NCBI GenBank assembly: GCA_963727625.1
Contig: CAVSHR010000003.1
Coordinates: forward strand, 32,001-96,000
Direction of reading: 5' to 3'
Length of the DNA stretch: 64,000 nucleotides
Source: an uncultured delta proteobacterium
GTDB taxonomy: Bacteria; Desulfobacterota; Binatia; UBA9968
A program made the translations under genes and the position numbers. Below the pieces are notes generated by a model, which saw only the letters and a list, made by a program, of their open reading frames with translations, was not told the DNA's origin and did not search any database. Below are positions 41,964 to 51,258 of the stretch, in pieces (within the stretch, counting starts at the first letter, position 1; the number at the start of each line of letters is the position of its first letter).

Positions 41964-42980
41964 CTAGATTTGATATAGGGCTTTGGCGTTGTCGTACAAG
42001 ATTTTGTCGATGATCCCCGCCTTGACCTCACCCTTGAGCCTGAGCTTTCGCAGCGCTTCGATCTCGCTCGAGGTGTCGGCATGGCCATAGTCCGAACCAA
42101 TGACTAGATGATCCTCACCCGCATATTTAAGGATGTACGGTAGGTCGTCGTCGGTTTGGCAGGCGACATAAATCCGGTTGTCGCGTAACAACGACGCGCC
42201 CGCGTGCTGGTTGGTTCTTTCTAATCGTTTTGCCAGTTCCACGGCGAGATAAGGAATCCATTGCGCTCTCACCTCGATGAAACCAAATCGCAGCTGAGGA
42301 AATTTTTTGGGAACGCCGTCATGCACGATCGAGTGAAACGCAGACAGCACGGGTAATTTGAACCGAGAAAACCCGCCTTCACCTTGAAACAATTCCACCC
42401 AATCGAAATTGCCGGTCGAAGCGTGAACGCAAATAGGCAAGCCGAGCCTTTCAGCTTGCTCATAAAGCGGGAAAAAATACGGGTCGCTCAAACGCTTATC
42501 GTCGACAATACCGCGGGTAAACAGCCCGCAGGCGCCGTTCGCCTTTGCGAATTTCGCCTCGGCGATGGCTTGGTCCAGGCTCATCAGGGGCACCACGGCG
42601 ACCCATCGAAGGCGGCCTTCTGCTTTGCTGCAGATATCCGTGAGCCAGCGGTTGTAGCTCCTGCAGATGGCCGTTTCGACTTCAGGGCGCTTGGTTAACG
42701 GCCGGAGAAAGAGGGATGGGTAAAGAACTTGAACATCGATATCGAGTTCATCCATGTGTTTCAGGCGAAGTTCAATGTCTTGCATCTCGCGCGAAGCCGC
42801 GGGGATGTCCTTGTTAACGTTGACCCCTCGACTGAACACCCTTCCATCAACTAACCAGAATTCTCGCCCTCCTTGGCCCGGAGACATTCGAAGCGGGCGG
42901 AGCTCGGCCTCTCCCGGCTCCATGTATTCCCAGGTGCGTTCGGTTTCGATGACGTGGGCGTCTGCATCGATCGTAGCCAT
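41964..42980 (-). CDS. Amidohydrolase family protein (Amidohydro_2)
   Basis: IDADAHV, SYNRWL, ICVH, GSDYGHAD, DNAKALY. Confidence 0.9.
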   Translation of the reverse strand: MATIDADAHVIETERTWEYMEPGEAELRPLRMSPGQGGREFWLVDGRVFSRGVNVNKDIPAASREMQDIELRLKHMDELDIDVQVLYPSLFLRPLTKRPEVETAICRSYNRWLTDICSKAEGRLRWVAVVPLMSLDQAIAEAKFAKANGACGLFTRGIVDDKRLSDPYFFPLYEQAERLGLPICVHASTGNFDWVELFQGEGGFSRFKLPVLSAFHSIVHDGVPKKFPQLRFGFIEVRAQWIPYLAVELAKRLERTNQHAGASLLRDNRIYVACQTDDDLPYILKYAGEDHLVIGSDYGHADTSSEIEALRKLRLKGEVKAGIIDKILYDNAKALYQI

Positions 42981-43010
42981 AATCCGTTTTTTCTCCTTGA
43001 ATGGCGCAAT

Positions 43011-43976
43011 CTAAGGCGTCTCCAAATAAACGATCTCGGGTTCGTGAACCGCTTTGAAACTTTTTGGCTTGTCCAAAACAGCCTGGCTCAAGTCCCGGCC
43101 TGATAGCAGTTCATACAGCAGTCCGATAGCCTGTGGACTGTTCTTGCGTGCCAGGCCGTGGGCCCGACCCATCTCCTGGATTTGGCTTGCCAGGCCAATC
43201 AGGGGTAACGGAACATTTAACTGGTTGGCGACCTTCAATGCCTGCCGAATATCCTTGTAGCTATTGCTCAGAGCGCCACCGTTATTATTGTTTCGCTGTA
43301 GGAATTCTTCCAAGCGCGTCGCCGATGCCTGTGATCCCGTGGTCTGGAGTAACTTGAGAAACAGCTCCGGGTTGATCCCTTGCGCCAAGAGCCAGGTGCA
43401 CACCTCGGCATTCAAAATGCTGCTCACGGTCGAAAACATGATGACCGCGATTTTTAGAGCCTTGGGCATCCACGGTTCCGGCAAACAAAGGACCTTCTGC
43501 GCGAGGCCCCGAAGCAACTCCGAGCACGCCTCCACCGTTTCTCTCTTGCCTCCGATCGCAATCGACAGCATTCCCTTGGGTATCGTTACGGCGGGTGCGC
43601 CATGGGCATGTAAGGTCCCACCAAGAAAGAACGCCTTTTTCTCGTTGACGTCGCGCTCGATGTCACGCGCGCAATCGGGATCCGTTCCGCTGAGGTCGAT
43701 ATACGTAAACCCCGGCGGCAAAGAGGAGCGAATGCCTTTATCGCCAAAGTAGGCCGCTCGGACCTCGACCGAAGACGGCAAAACGGTGAGTGTGATCGGT
43801 TTCGTGGCGTCGGCGGCTGAGTCCGCCGGAGCAGCGCCCAGTTCGACTAAAGTGGAAACGGCGGTTCGATTGAGATCATAGACAGTCAAGGAGTATCCCC
43901 GATCGAGGAGCCTTTCAGCCAGCGGCTTCCCCGCATTGCCCAGACCAATCAGGCCGATTTCGCTTTTTTTGTTCAT
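43011..43976 (-). CDS. NAD(P)-dependent oxidoreductase (3-hydroxyisobutyrate dehydrogenase family)
   Basis: IGLIGLGNAG Rossmann motif, IDLS, KDI..AL. Confidence 0.85.
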   Translation of the reverse strand: MNKKSEIGLIGLGNAGKPLAERLLDRGYSLTVYDLNRTAVSTLVELGAAPADSAADATKPITLTVLPSSVEVRAAYFGDKGIRSSLPPGFTYIDLSGTDPDCARDIERDVNEKKAFFLGGTLHAHGAPAVTIPKGMLSIAIGGKRETVEACSELLRGLAQKVLCLPEPWMPKALKIAVIMFSTVSSILNAEVCTWLLAQGINPELFLKLLQTTGSQASATRLEEFLQRNNNNGGALSNSYKDIRQALKVANQLNVPLPLIGLASQIQEMGRAHGLARKNSPQAIGLLYELLSGRDLSQAVLDKPKSFKAVHEPEIVYLETP

Positions 43977-45085
43977 TTTTTTGATCCCTCCAGCGCCTCG
44001 GTCACAATCTGTTGCATGGCTTTGATGGCTTTCCGGTTATTGTACTTGGACAGGCTCATGTGAAAATAGCGGACTCCTTCTTGGGGCACCCATTCTCGCG
44101 GTAGATCGTCCTTCGGTATATCCATACGGAGCGAATTGGTCTCCGTGTACTTCTGCCAGGCGATTTGTCCGTCGCGGGAAAGAACCCAGTTAATGAACAC
44201 TTTAGCTGCATTGGGGTGGGGCGCCTTGTTGAGATAAGCCATGCAACACGAGCCGCCTCCCATGATCTCGCCTTCCTTCATAGATTGGGAAATGAAAGCA
44301 ACCGGCAGGCCCTGTTCCTTCGCTTTTAAAATGGGCTGGGCACCGCCAATGTAAAGTTGGTATTTCCCGTCCGCCAACCAGTCCGTACCCTGGCGCAGAT
44401 CTCTTGTCAGTGTAACGTTCATATCTCTAAAGAGCCGCCGCAAAAATTCAGGGCCCAAATCCGGCGAGTGATAAAAAAACAAAAATATTGGAGCGCCTCC
44501 TCCGGTGGCTCGAGGATCGAAAACCACGAGCTTGCCTTTCCACTTAGGGTTTAGAAGATCGCGCCATGATCGAAATTCCTCGGGATTAACGAGTCTGGTG
44601 TTGTACGCAATTCGGTTAATTCCAACTTGCCCTGATATATTAATCACGTAGCGATTTTCAGGATCAGAAAAGGATAACTGCCCGCCCCACCATGCCGACT
44701 TTTCGGTAACTTCAGGCAGGATTAGAAGCGGGCGGATGGGATCAGCGACCCCTGCGGGATAAGACGCATACGTGCTCGCACCGCCCATAACGATATCCGT
44801 GACAAATTTTCCGGCTCGTCGTTCTCCCAGAATGCGTTTGGCATGGTTCGATCCTCGTCCGGGAAGAAAATTGAATTTGATCTCTGGAAACGATTTGCTA
44901 AACGCCTCCCATACGTGCTGGTACACGGGATTATGCGGCCCATAAACGGAGAGATTTCCTTCGTTTTTGGCGGCCTCAACGGTTGTTTCCCATTCTTTTG
45001 TTTTGCTAGTTTGACCGAATGCCGTACCAACGGCTGCGCCAATAAGTATAAAAAGTATCGGCACGTAACATTTGATATTTTTCAT
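43973..45085 (-). CDS. Extracellular solute-binding protein (Fe3+/thiamine-type ABC SBP)
   Basis: Signal peptide, AAKNEG, YNTRLV, DLLNPKWKGK, APHPNAAKVFINWVLS. Confidence 0.88.
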   Translation of the reverse strand: MKNIKCYVPILFILIGAAVGTAFGQTSKTKEWETTVEAAKNEGNLSVYGPHNPVYQHVWEAFSKSFPEIKFNFLPGRGSNHAKRILGERRAGKFVTDIVMGGASTYASYPAGVADPIRPLLILPEVTEKSAWWGGQLSFSDPENRYVINISGQVGINRIAYNTRLVNPEEFRSWRDLLNPKWKGKLVVFDPRATGGGAPIFLFFYHSPDLGPEFLRRLFRDMNVTLTRDLRQGTDWLADGKYQLYIGGAQPILKAKEQGLPVAFISQSMKEGEIMGGGSCCMAYLNKAPHPNAAKVFINWVLSRDGQIAWQKYTETNSLRMDIPKDDLPREWVPQEGVRYFHMSLSKYNNRKAIKAMQQIVTEALEGSKK

Positions 45086-45426
45086 ATGATCTCCTGCGCT
45101 TTTTCGGTGAGGGCCTTCGGGTTCCAGCTCGCAGTTATAGCAAGCGGACGTCAGTTTTGGCAATGATTGCGACCCGTGAGCTGCGTCAGAGTCATGTCGA
45201 GAAAAGCGTGAATGTAGGTGGGTTTATGAGGCGTGTCTTGCGGTACAATGCCGGCCCGCGTCATCCTACCGAGCATTTGAAATTAAGCTTCGCGTAAGCC
45301 GCCACTATGCGGAAAGGCGCGACAGCAGGACGACAGTGACAGATTTGCGTTTGTTGCGTACGCTGTTCGTGCTCGTAATATTCGCACTCATCGCAAGTCT
45401 GACATTTAGCCTTTTACCTGAAGACA

Positions 45427-45648
45427 CCGCCGTGGTTGTTGGGCGCGTGGCTGCTGCACATCGTCTGCGATATCCCGACACACGCGGCGAGCTATTTTCC
45501 AACGCCTTTCCTCTGGCCGTTTCCGACCCCGTTCGTCAACGGCATTCCATGGTCCACGCCGTGGTTCATGGCGGCCAATTACCCGGCGCTGATCGTTGTT
45601 TATTGCTGGCTGATTTTTTTCCGCGGCAAAACTAAAGCACGTACCTGA
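45427..45648 (+). pseudogene. Second copy (3' ~220 bp) of the 40819-41319 hydrolase gene
   Basis: PPWLLGAWLLHIVCDIPTHAASYFPTPFLWPFPTPFVNGIPWSTPWFMAANY; no 5' half. Confidence 0.9.
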
Positions 45649-45808
45649 GAAGCTTTGCCGCGCCCGGAAAGATTCTAAGCTCGTGATTGGAAGACCGCCC
45701 TTCGGTAACCCTCAGCATCGTTCAAATCCAAATTCGAAAGCCGCGCGTCAAAGCCCGACTCTCGAATTCCCCGACCCGGCCACGGCGGCTGGCGACGACG
45801 GGGAGGCG

Positions 45809-46024
45809 TCACGTATTTGCGGGAGTTTCCGCGGCTCCGATGCGCTGGATATATTCGTCGATCTGACTCTGCAATTGCCGCAGTTGCTCGAGAGGACCTT
45901 CGGCGAACAGGGCGAAATTCCGGGTATCACGCGTCAAGATTTCGTTGCGGTAGGATTCAAGAAGGCGCTGCATCCGCCCCATCTGTTCGATCGCCTGATA
46001 GAGTTGTTCCACCGTCTCGATCAT
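45809..46024 (-). CDS. Small helical protein coupled to the nucleotidyltransferase remnant (putative TA partner)
   Basis: ATGA overlap with the upstream gene stop; 71 aa. Confidence 0.7.
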   Translation of the reverse strand: MIETVEQLYQAIEQMGRMQRLLESYRNEILTRDTRNFALFAEGPLEQLRQLQSQIDEYIQRIGAAETPANT

Positions 46025-46314
46025 AATGCGATCCTCAAAAGGCCCTTTTTCCTGCCGGGTCGCTGTTTGACCTGCTGAAAGAAGTCGACCATGTGATCAA
46101 AATTTTCGCTCCCATTCTTCACCACGACTATATCAAATCCAAACCGCCTGCGCATTCTGCGCTGTGAGAGCAAATTGTAAGCGGCCGGCGACAGGTCCGT
46201 TGAAAGATCGAAGTTTGACGCTGCGACAAGCACGGGGTCTATGTCGTTTGGCTCCGGCGTCCCGGTTAAAAAAACTCCCGTCCACCAGCACGGCCTCACG
46301 ATGGCGCCACACAC
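46021..46314 (-). pseudogene. 5'-truncated, frameshifted minimal nucleotidyltransferase (DUF6932-like)
   Basis: AVLVDGSF in one frame and TGTPEPNDID in the next, shifted at a T-run near 46270. Confidence 0.7.
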
Positions 46315-46379
46315 ATGAGCTGAATATTTGACAAAACTTCCCGCAGCCCTTAAGCTACGGATACCTACGGAGGAATATC

Positions 46380-46640
46380 ATGCTCTCCAAGCGTGTCGAA
46401 ATTTTATTGGATCCGGCAGAGATGGAAGCGTTGCGCCGGCAGGCGAAGAAGACCAAGAAATCCGTCGGCGCCTTGATTCGCGAAGCGGTCAAAGAAAAGT
46501 TTTTGACTCCCACTCCAAAGGAACGGAAAGAAGCGTTGAAGCGTCTGTTCTCATCGCAGCGCTCGGTCAGCTTTCCGTCCTGGAACAAGATCAAAAGGGA
46601 ACTGGACGATAGCATGAGGAGAGGGAGTGAGACTCGTTGA
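46380..46640 (+). CDS. CopG/RHH antitoxin (VapB-like)
   Basis: KRVEILL...LRRQAK...SVGALIREAV RHH pattern; overlaps the PIN gene. Confidence 0.85.
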   Translation: MLSKRVEILLDPAEMEALRRQAKKTKKSVGALIREAVKEKFLTPTPKERKEALKRLFSSQRSVSFPSWNKIKRELDDSMRRGSETR

Positions 46641-47025
46641 CACCAATGTCCTCATTTACGCCGTCGGAAGGACTCATTCCTTGCAAGGTGACGCGCGAAG
46701 AGTACTCGATCGGATTGCCGAGGGCGCATTGCATGCCAACGTTGACGCCGAGGTGTTGCAGGAAATTCTTCACGTCTACGACGCGCGCAAGGAAAGAACC
46801 AAAGGATTCGCCACCCTTGAAGATCTTCTGGTGATTTTTCCAAACCCGATTGCGATCGCAAGGGAAGAAATCGAAAGAGCGCGCGACCTGATGCGCGCGC
46901 ACTCTTTCCTCGGCGCTCGCGATGCGATCCACGCAGCCGTCGTCCAGACCCACGACCTCGAAGGAATCGTCAGCGCCGATAAAGTCTTTGACCGAATAAA
47001 AGGTGTGAAAAGGTTCGCCCTCTAG
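46627..47025 (+). CDS. vapC: VapC PIN-domain toxin
   Basis: LVDTNVLIY, EVLQE, RDAIHAA, SADKVFD. Confidence 0.92.
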   Translation: MRLVDTNVLIYAVGRTHSLQGDARRVLDRIAEGALHANVDAEVLQEILHVYDARKERTKGFATLEDLLVIFPNPIAIAREEIERARDLMRAHSFLGARDAIHAAVVQTHDLEGIVSADKVFDRIKGVKRFAL

Positions 47026-47093
47026 GGCTCTCCACAAGCGTCGATTCCGTCCGTTCCTCGACCTGACGGATTATCACTAACGCGAGGGATTTT

Positions 47094-47408
47094 ATGAGCG
47101 TTGCTAATAAGCGAGCACGAAAAATTCGACCTGTTCATCCCGGTGAAATTCTGCGCGAGGATTTTCTTCCGGATTACGGACTGACGATCTCGAGTTTCGC
47201 CCGGGCCCTCGGGGTTTCCCGTCAGACGGTGAACGAGCTGCTGCGCGAACGGCGCTCGCTCAGCCCGGAAATGGCGCTGCGCCTCTCTCGTTTGTTCGGC
47301 AACAGCGCCGAATTCTGGCTCAATGCCCAGCGCGCCGTCGATCTGTGGGAGGCTGAAAAAAGCGTCAAGGACGACCTCAAGCAGATTTCCCCGTTAAATG
47401 CCGCCTAG
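47094..47408 (+). CDS. higA: HigA family antitoxin (orphan; no higB upstream)
   Basis: PVHPGEILREDFL, ALGVSRQTVNEL, MALRLSRLFG, FWLNAQ. Confidence 0.93.
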   Translation: MSVANKRARKIRPVHPGEILREDFLPDYGLTISSFARALGVSRQTVNELLRERRSLSPEMALRLSRLFGNSAEFWLNAQRAVDLWEAEKSVKDDLKQISPLNAA

Positions 47409-47429
47409 CGGCTCGCGGCGAAAGTCGTC

Positions 47430-47517
47430 CAAGGGGGGTGTGGTTCACGTCGTGGCCGTGCCGCGCCAGTACCGCGCAGAGACCTGGCGGCAGGTGCGCG
47501 TCCACGAGAAACTTCAT
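47430..47517 (-). pseudogene. Truncated DUF5615 PIN-like toxin
   Basis: MKFLVDAHLPPGLCAVLARHGHDVNH, then similarity is lost; ATGA overlap with the DUF433 stop. Confidence 0.75.
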
Positions 47518-47752
47518 GCGAGCGGCAAGTGGATCGTTCTGGCGGCTAACATCCGGCGCGCGAATTCATGGCATGCGAGAATATCTTCGCGCTCGAGATC
47601 CGGAAACTGTCTGAGGAGATCTTCGATCGTATCGCCGCCGGCGAGATATTCGAGGATCGTCTCTACCGGATAGCGCAGCCCCCGAAGGCACGGCTTGCCG
47701 TGGCATATTTCGGGTCCACGGTGATCCGGGAAAGCAACTTGTCACTGGACAT
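47514..47752 (-). pseudogene. DUF433 antitoxin with a single-base frameshift
   Basis: MSSDKLLSRITVDPK / (I)CHGKPCLRGLRYPVETILEYLAGGDTIEDLLRQFPDLEREDILAC; one base missing near 47708. Confidence 0.85.
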
Positions 47753-47789
47753 AGGCGAATTCTACACCGACGGCCGCAGGTTGCAACCC

Positions 47790-48090
47790 GATAGGGGACC
47801 ATTCCCGTCGCTCTGGAGGCGGCCCCTATCCAGCGGCACCAGGCCGGCGGCCCGGATGAAGAATTCAATGGGCGCGCGCTCTACGCATTCTGCCGCAAGC
47901 TCATGGACCACGGCGTCTTCACGCTTTTCGACAAGCTGCACATCATCGTTTCGGCAAGCGCCGATGGGTCCGGAGGACTCCGGAAATGGGCGATCGCCTC
48001 TCACGCGCGGCGCTCCGCCCGCCCCAGAGTCCGAACTATTACCCCGGCAAATCGGTCGTCGAATGGCTCCAGGGCCCGGAACGATGCCAA
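47790..48090 (+). pseudogene. Decayed C-terminal part of an HNH restriction endonuclease
   Basis: PVALEAAPIQRHQAGGPDEEFNGRALYAFCRKLMDHGVFTL matches the HNH_2 pattern LEAAHI...GPD...NGLALC..HH..FD.G with catalytic His residues lost. Confidence 0.75.
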
Positions 48091-48176
48091 GGTCCGGCTT
48101 GACCGGACGCGACCCCGAAATCCGCGCATCGTTCAAATCCAAATCGGAAAGCCCGAGTTTTTGACTTTTCGCAATT

Positions 48177-48587
48177 CTATCGGGGTATGCGAACGAACCC
48201 GCCATATTCGTCGAAGTGATGATCAAACGCGAAGGCGTGGTCGATACCGAGTCTTTCCATGACGCTGAAACTCGTGCAATCGACGAAGCTGAACAAATGA
48301 TCTGAATAGTTCCGAAAGACTTGCAACGCCTTCTGCAAATCAGCGGGCGTAATATTTTGCAGGACGGCGGACTGTTGTCTCAGGATGGATGAAGCGACTC
48401 GCACGGCCAGCCGATGGCCGCGTGCGGTTCTGTCCCGCATTCGTATGAGGGTCGCAGTTTCCGCCAATACATAATCCGTGGTGATCAACGGCTCGCGGTT
48501 TCGGCGGAGCCATCTCATAGCCGCTTCATGGTCTGGGTCATTGGCTACGGCGACGGCAAACCATGCGCCCGTGTCGACAAAGATCAC
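48177..48587 (-). CDS. vapC: VapC PIN-domain toxin
   Basis: IFVDTGAW, DYVLAE, FSFVDCTSF, AFDHHF. Confidence 0.92.
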   Translation of the reverse strand: MIFVDTGAWFAVAVANDPDHEAAMRWLRRNREPLITTDYVLAETATLIRMRDRTARGHRLAVRVASSILRQQSAVLQNITPADLQKALQVFRNYSDHLFSFVDCTSFSVMERLGIDHAFAFDHHFDEYGGFVRIPR

Positions 48588-48826
48588 GATTCATTCCTGT
48601 AAAGGATGATGTCGTGTTCTCGTCCCGAGAACCCATCTTTCAGCCTCGTCCCAGCCCATCTCGCAATGGCGGAGATCTGTCTTTTTGCCAAAAGCCCGTC
48701 GTTACGGCCGACCGCGTGGCGCCTGCCATTCCGTTTTTTCAGAGAATCGATAAACTCCTGGACGTCTTTCAAGGACTCCTCGGACAGTCCTTCCAACGCC
48801 CGCAAGATCTCCGGTTTGCCGGCCAT
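48584..48826 (-). CDS. Putative antitoxin of the adjacent VapC
   Basis: GAGGAGG RBS, ATGA coupling to vapC, C-terminal SGREHDIILY typical of VapB partners. Confidence 0.8.
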   Translation of the reverse strand: MAGKPEILRALEGLSEESLKDVQEFIDSLKKRNGRRHAVGRNDGLLAKRQISAIARWAGTRLKDGFSGREHDIILYRNES

Positions 48827-49020
48827 GGGCGCCTCCTCGATTTTCAACGTTTTTTTTGCGGCTGACTCCCAAAACGAAATATAACAGGAACCGTGGATTG
48901 ACCACAATCGTTGAGTCGGGCTGACAAATAATCTTCCCTGGCGTGGCTCTTCACCCTGGAACTTTCCATGGAGTGGCTCATGAGCTTACGCTCGCCCACA
49001 GAGAATGAAAAAGCCAGCGG

Positions 49021-49087
49021 GAAAGATTCCCTCGCGTCCACTCGGAATGACAAGGCCTGTCATCTCGAACGAAGTGAGAGATCTTTC
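49021..49087. repeat. REP-like palindromic intergenic element
   Basis: GAAAGATTCCCTCG...GGAATGACA-AGGCC-TGTCATCTCGAACGAAGTGAGAGATCTTTC inverted pair. Confidence 0.7.
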
Positions 49088-49235
49088 TCCAGTCCTATTT
49101 TTCGAAGGAGGGTTCTTCCAGGAGACTGGCAGCTCGAGAATTGATCCCTCTGCACCCAGGTTTGGGTCGAATGCGGGTTCCCGGCGCCCGCAAAGTCCAG
49201 ACTCTTGCCTGATCGCAGACCCTGCTTCCGCGCAC

Positions 49236-49496
49236 GAAGAATTCAATGGGCGTGCGCTCTACACATTGCGCCGCAAGCTCTTCGACCACGGCGTCTTCAC
49301 GCTATCCGACAAGCTGAACATCATCGCTTAGGAACGCGCCGACAGGATCTGAGGACTCCGGGAATGGGCGATCGCCTCTCACGGCGCGGCACTCCGCCCG
49401 CCGCAAAGCCGATGCAATTGTCCCGGCAAATGGATCGTGGAATAGCACGTCAAAGAAGCGTACCAGGGCCCGAAAAGATACAAAGCTCGTGATTGA
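49236..49496 (+). pseudogene. Second decayed copy of the HNH endonuclease 3' end
   Basis: EEFNGRALYTLRRKLFDHGVFTLSDKLNIIA* aligns at nucleotide level with about 47858-48100; in-frame stop. Confidence 0.75.
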
Positions 49497-49643
49497 CGGC
49501 GCTCGCTCCGGGACGCGATGTGCGATCGGGCGTTTTTATTCGCGGTATGCGCCGAACCACCGGCTTCCATTCCGTGGCTACCAGCGCGGCGACCGAAATT
49601 CAGAAGACCCCCTTTCTCACCCCGACGCAAATCCATCCGGCGC

Positions 49644-49772
49644 CCCCACGCCTTTTTTTTGGCCGTTTCCGACCCCCTTCGTCAACGGCATTCCATGGTC
49701 CACGCCGTGGTTCATGGCGGGAAATTATACAGCGCTGTTTGTAGTTTACTGCTAGCTGGTTTTTTGTTTCCT
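49644..49772 (+). pseudogene. Third copy (3' ~125 bp) of the 40819-41319 hydrolase gene
   Basis: PTPFFWPFPTPFVNGIPWSTPWFMAGNYTALFVVYC* with TGG changed to TAG. Confidence 0.9.
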
Positions 49773-49797
49773 ACAGAAAAGTCACTTAAAAAACGAA

Positions 49798-51258
49798 TTA
49801 GGCTAAAGCGGCCCGAAGTTCAGAAATCATTTCGTCAATTCTCTCGCCCATCGGCAAAGCTACCATTACCAAATCGATCTTCCGCTTACTCGCGTAAATC
49901 GCAGCCCTGTTGCTCACCAACCCCCTTTCCTTAAGTGATGTCCATGCCTCGATATTGCAGGGATAAGCGAGGCAAACGGTGGTGGCCTTGTTATCAGAAA
50001 GAGTCGAGTAGGCTAAAACCTGCAACAGATCATCACGATGGTGCTCCCGGAGCTCATTTTCCAGCTTCGACCAACGTTGATACTGTAAAGCCTCCCAGTG
50101 ATCTTTGTATTTGGCGTCAACGAAGATCGTGTGTTCTTCTTGCTCGATGACAAGATCCGGCAAAAGATATTTTTGCGATCCCAAGAATGGACGTTCCCAA
50201 GCTATAGGAGTAATGGTTTCGCGGCGGCGTCCGACACGAAGTCGCCCTCCATACCGTCTTGTGAAGCGTTGGAAGACTGTTTCTACCCACGCCTCAAAAA
50301 ATTGCTCCATCGACATCGTCCATGGCAGTCCACGCCAATCTGTCAATCCCCCCAGCCCGGTCTCTTCCGTGCTCCACGTGATAGCATTTAATCCATCGAC
50401 GAAAGATTTCGACGCAAGAGGTACTCGAAACCAACTATCCAATTGCTTGCGCGTAGGTCGCATCGGTGACACACCTTCGACTAAATGCAGAAGTGTCATG
50501 CAGATCTTCATGAGTTCGATAACAATTATTCCGGCATGGCGTTGCGATTCGAGCGAAGCGAGTTGTTTTCGAAGAACGTAGTGGATGGCCCCGAACAATT
50601 CGCGATTGCTGCGAAGATCAGGATAGCGGCAGGGGACATCGAGAAACTTCATTAATGGGAGTTGCTTGATTACGTAACTTTCCCAATTTATCTGTCCATG
50701 AGGTGCCGCGCGTACGGTTTCTACGATCTCAAATCGCCTCGCTAATTGATCAAGCATGGCTCTCAATCGCGGCAGAATCGTTGCCGAAAGAACCCAGTCT
50801 GGAATTTCTCTCTCCGTCTTCGGGAGTAGTGGGAGTGATAGAACCTGAGGAACGACCTTGAAACCACTGGCTCCTAAAGAACATCCCAAACCCGACCAGC
50901 CGAATCGAGGACGGACGATGAGCGTTACCTCTGCTTTTCCGGAAATAGGCGAGATTAAGGGGAATGCGCCGATTTGTGAGCCGGCCTGAAAGACAATGGA
51001 AACACGATGCCCGTCAAAATCGACTCGCGCCATAATACCGAACTGCGCTAACGTCTGTCCGTTCTGCTCGATGAAATGATGCGCGAGTTGTGCCTCGCGC
51101 GATGGATCACTCAGGTGCGCACGTGTGATTGCTGAGGCATTGACACGAGTGCTCGACGTGTCATCGAGCGGAATTGCTTCAAACTTACTTGGCTCAATCC
51201 GACGAAATAGAGAGTTTGATCGTCGGATACGGCGTCGTTGTTTTAGATCTGGACTCAC
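49798..51258 (-). CDS. mcrC: McrC-like PD-(D/E)xK nuclease subunit
   Basis: MEQFFEAWV, LLPDLVI..IFVDAKYK, DLLQVLAY; GTG start overlaps the McrB stop. Confidence 0.85.
   Translation of the reverse strand: MSPDLKQRRRIRRSNSLFRRIEPSKFEAIPLDDTSSTRVNASAITRAHLSDPSREAQLAHHFIEQNGQTLAQFGIMARVDFDGHRVSIVFQAGSQIGAFPLISPISGKAEVTLIVRPRFGWSGLGCSLGASGFKVVPQVLSLPLLPKTEREIPDWVLSATILPRLRAMLDQLARRFEIVETVRAAPHGQINWESYVIKQLPLMKFLDVPCRYPDLRSNRELFGAIHYVLRKQLASLESQRHAGIIVIELMKICMTLLHLVEGVSPMRPTRKQLDSWFRVPLASKSFVDGLNAITWSTEETGLGGLTDWRGLPWTMSMEQFFEAWVETVFQRFTRRYGGRLRVGRRRETITPIAWERPFLGSQKYLLPDLVIEQEEHTIFVDAKYKDHWEALQYQRWSKLENELREHHRDDLLQVLAYSTLSDNKATTVCLAYPCNIEAWTSLKERGLVSNRAAIYASKRKIDLVMVALPMGERIDEMISELRAALA

Noticed and set aside
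47568-48164. 198-aa plus-strand ORF
   Set aside because: Chimeric read-through of antisense DUF433 and an off-frame HNH remnant.
41100-49772. Diversity-generating retroelement template/variable repeats as an explanation for the triplicated gene end
   Set aside because: Differences are mostly synonymous and not adenine-specific, and no reverse transcriptase is present.
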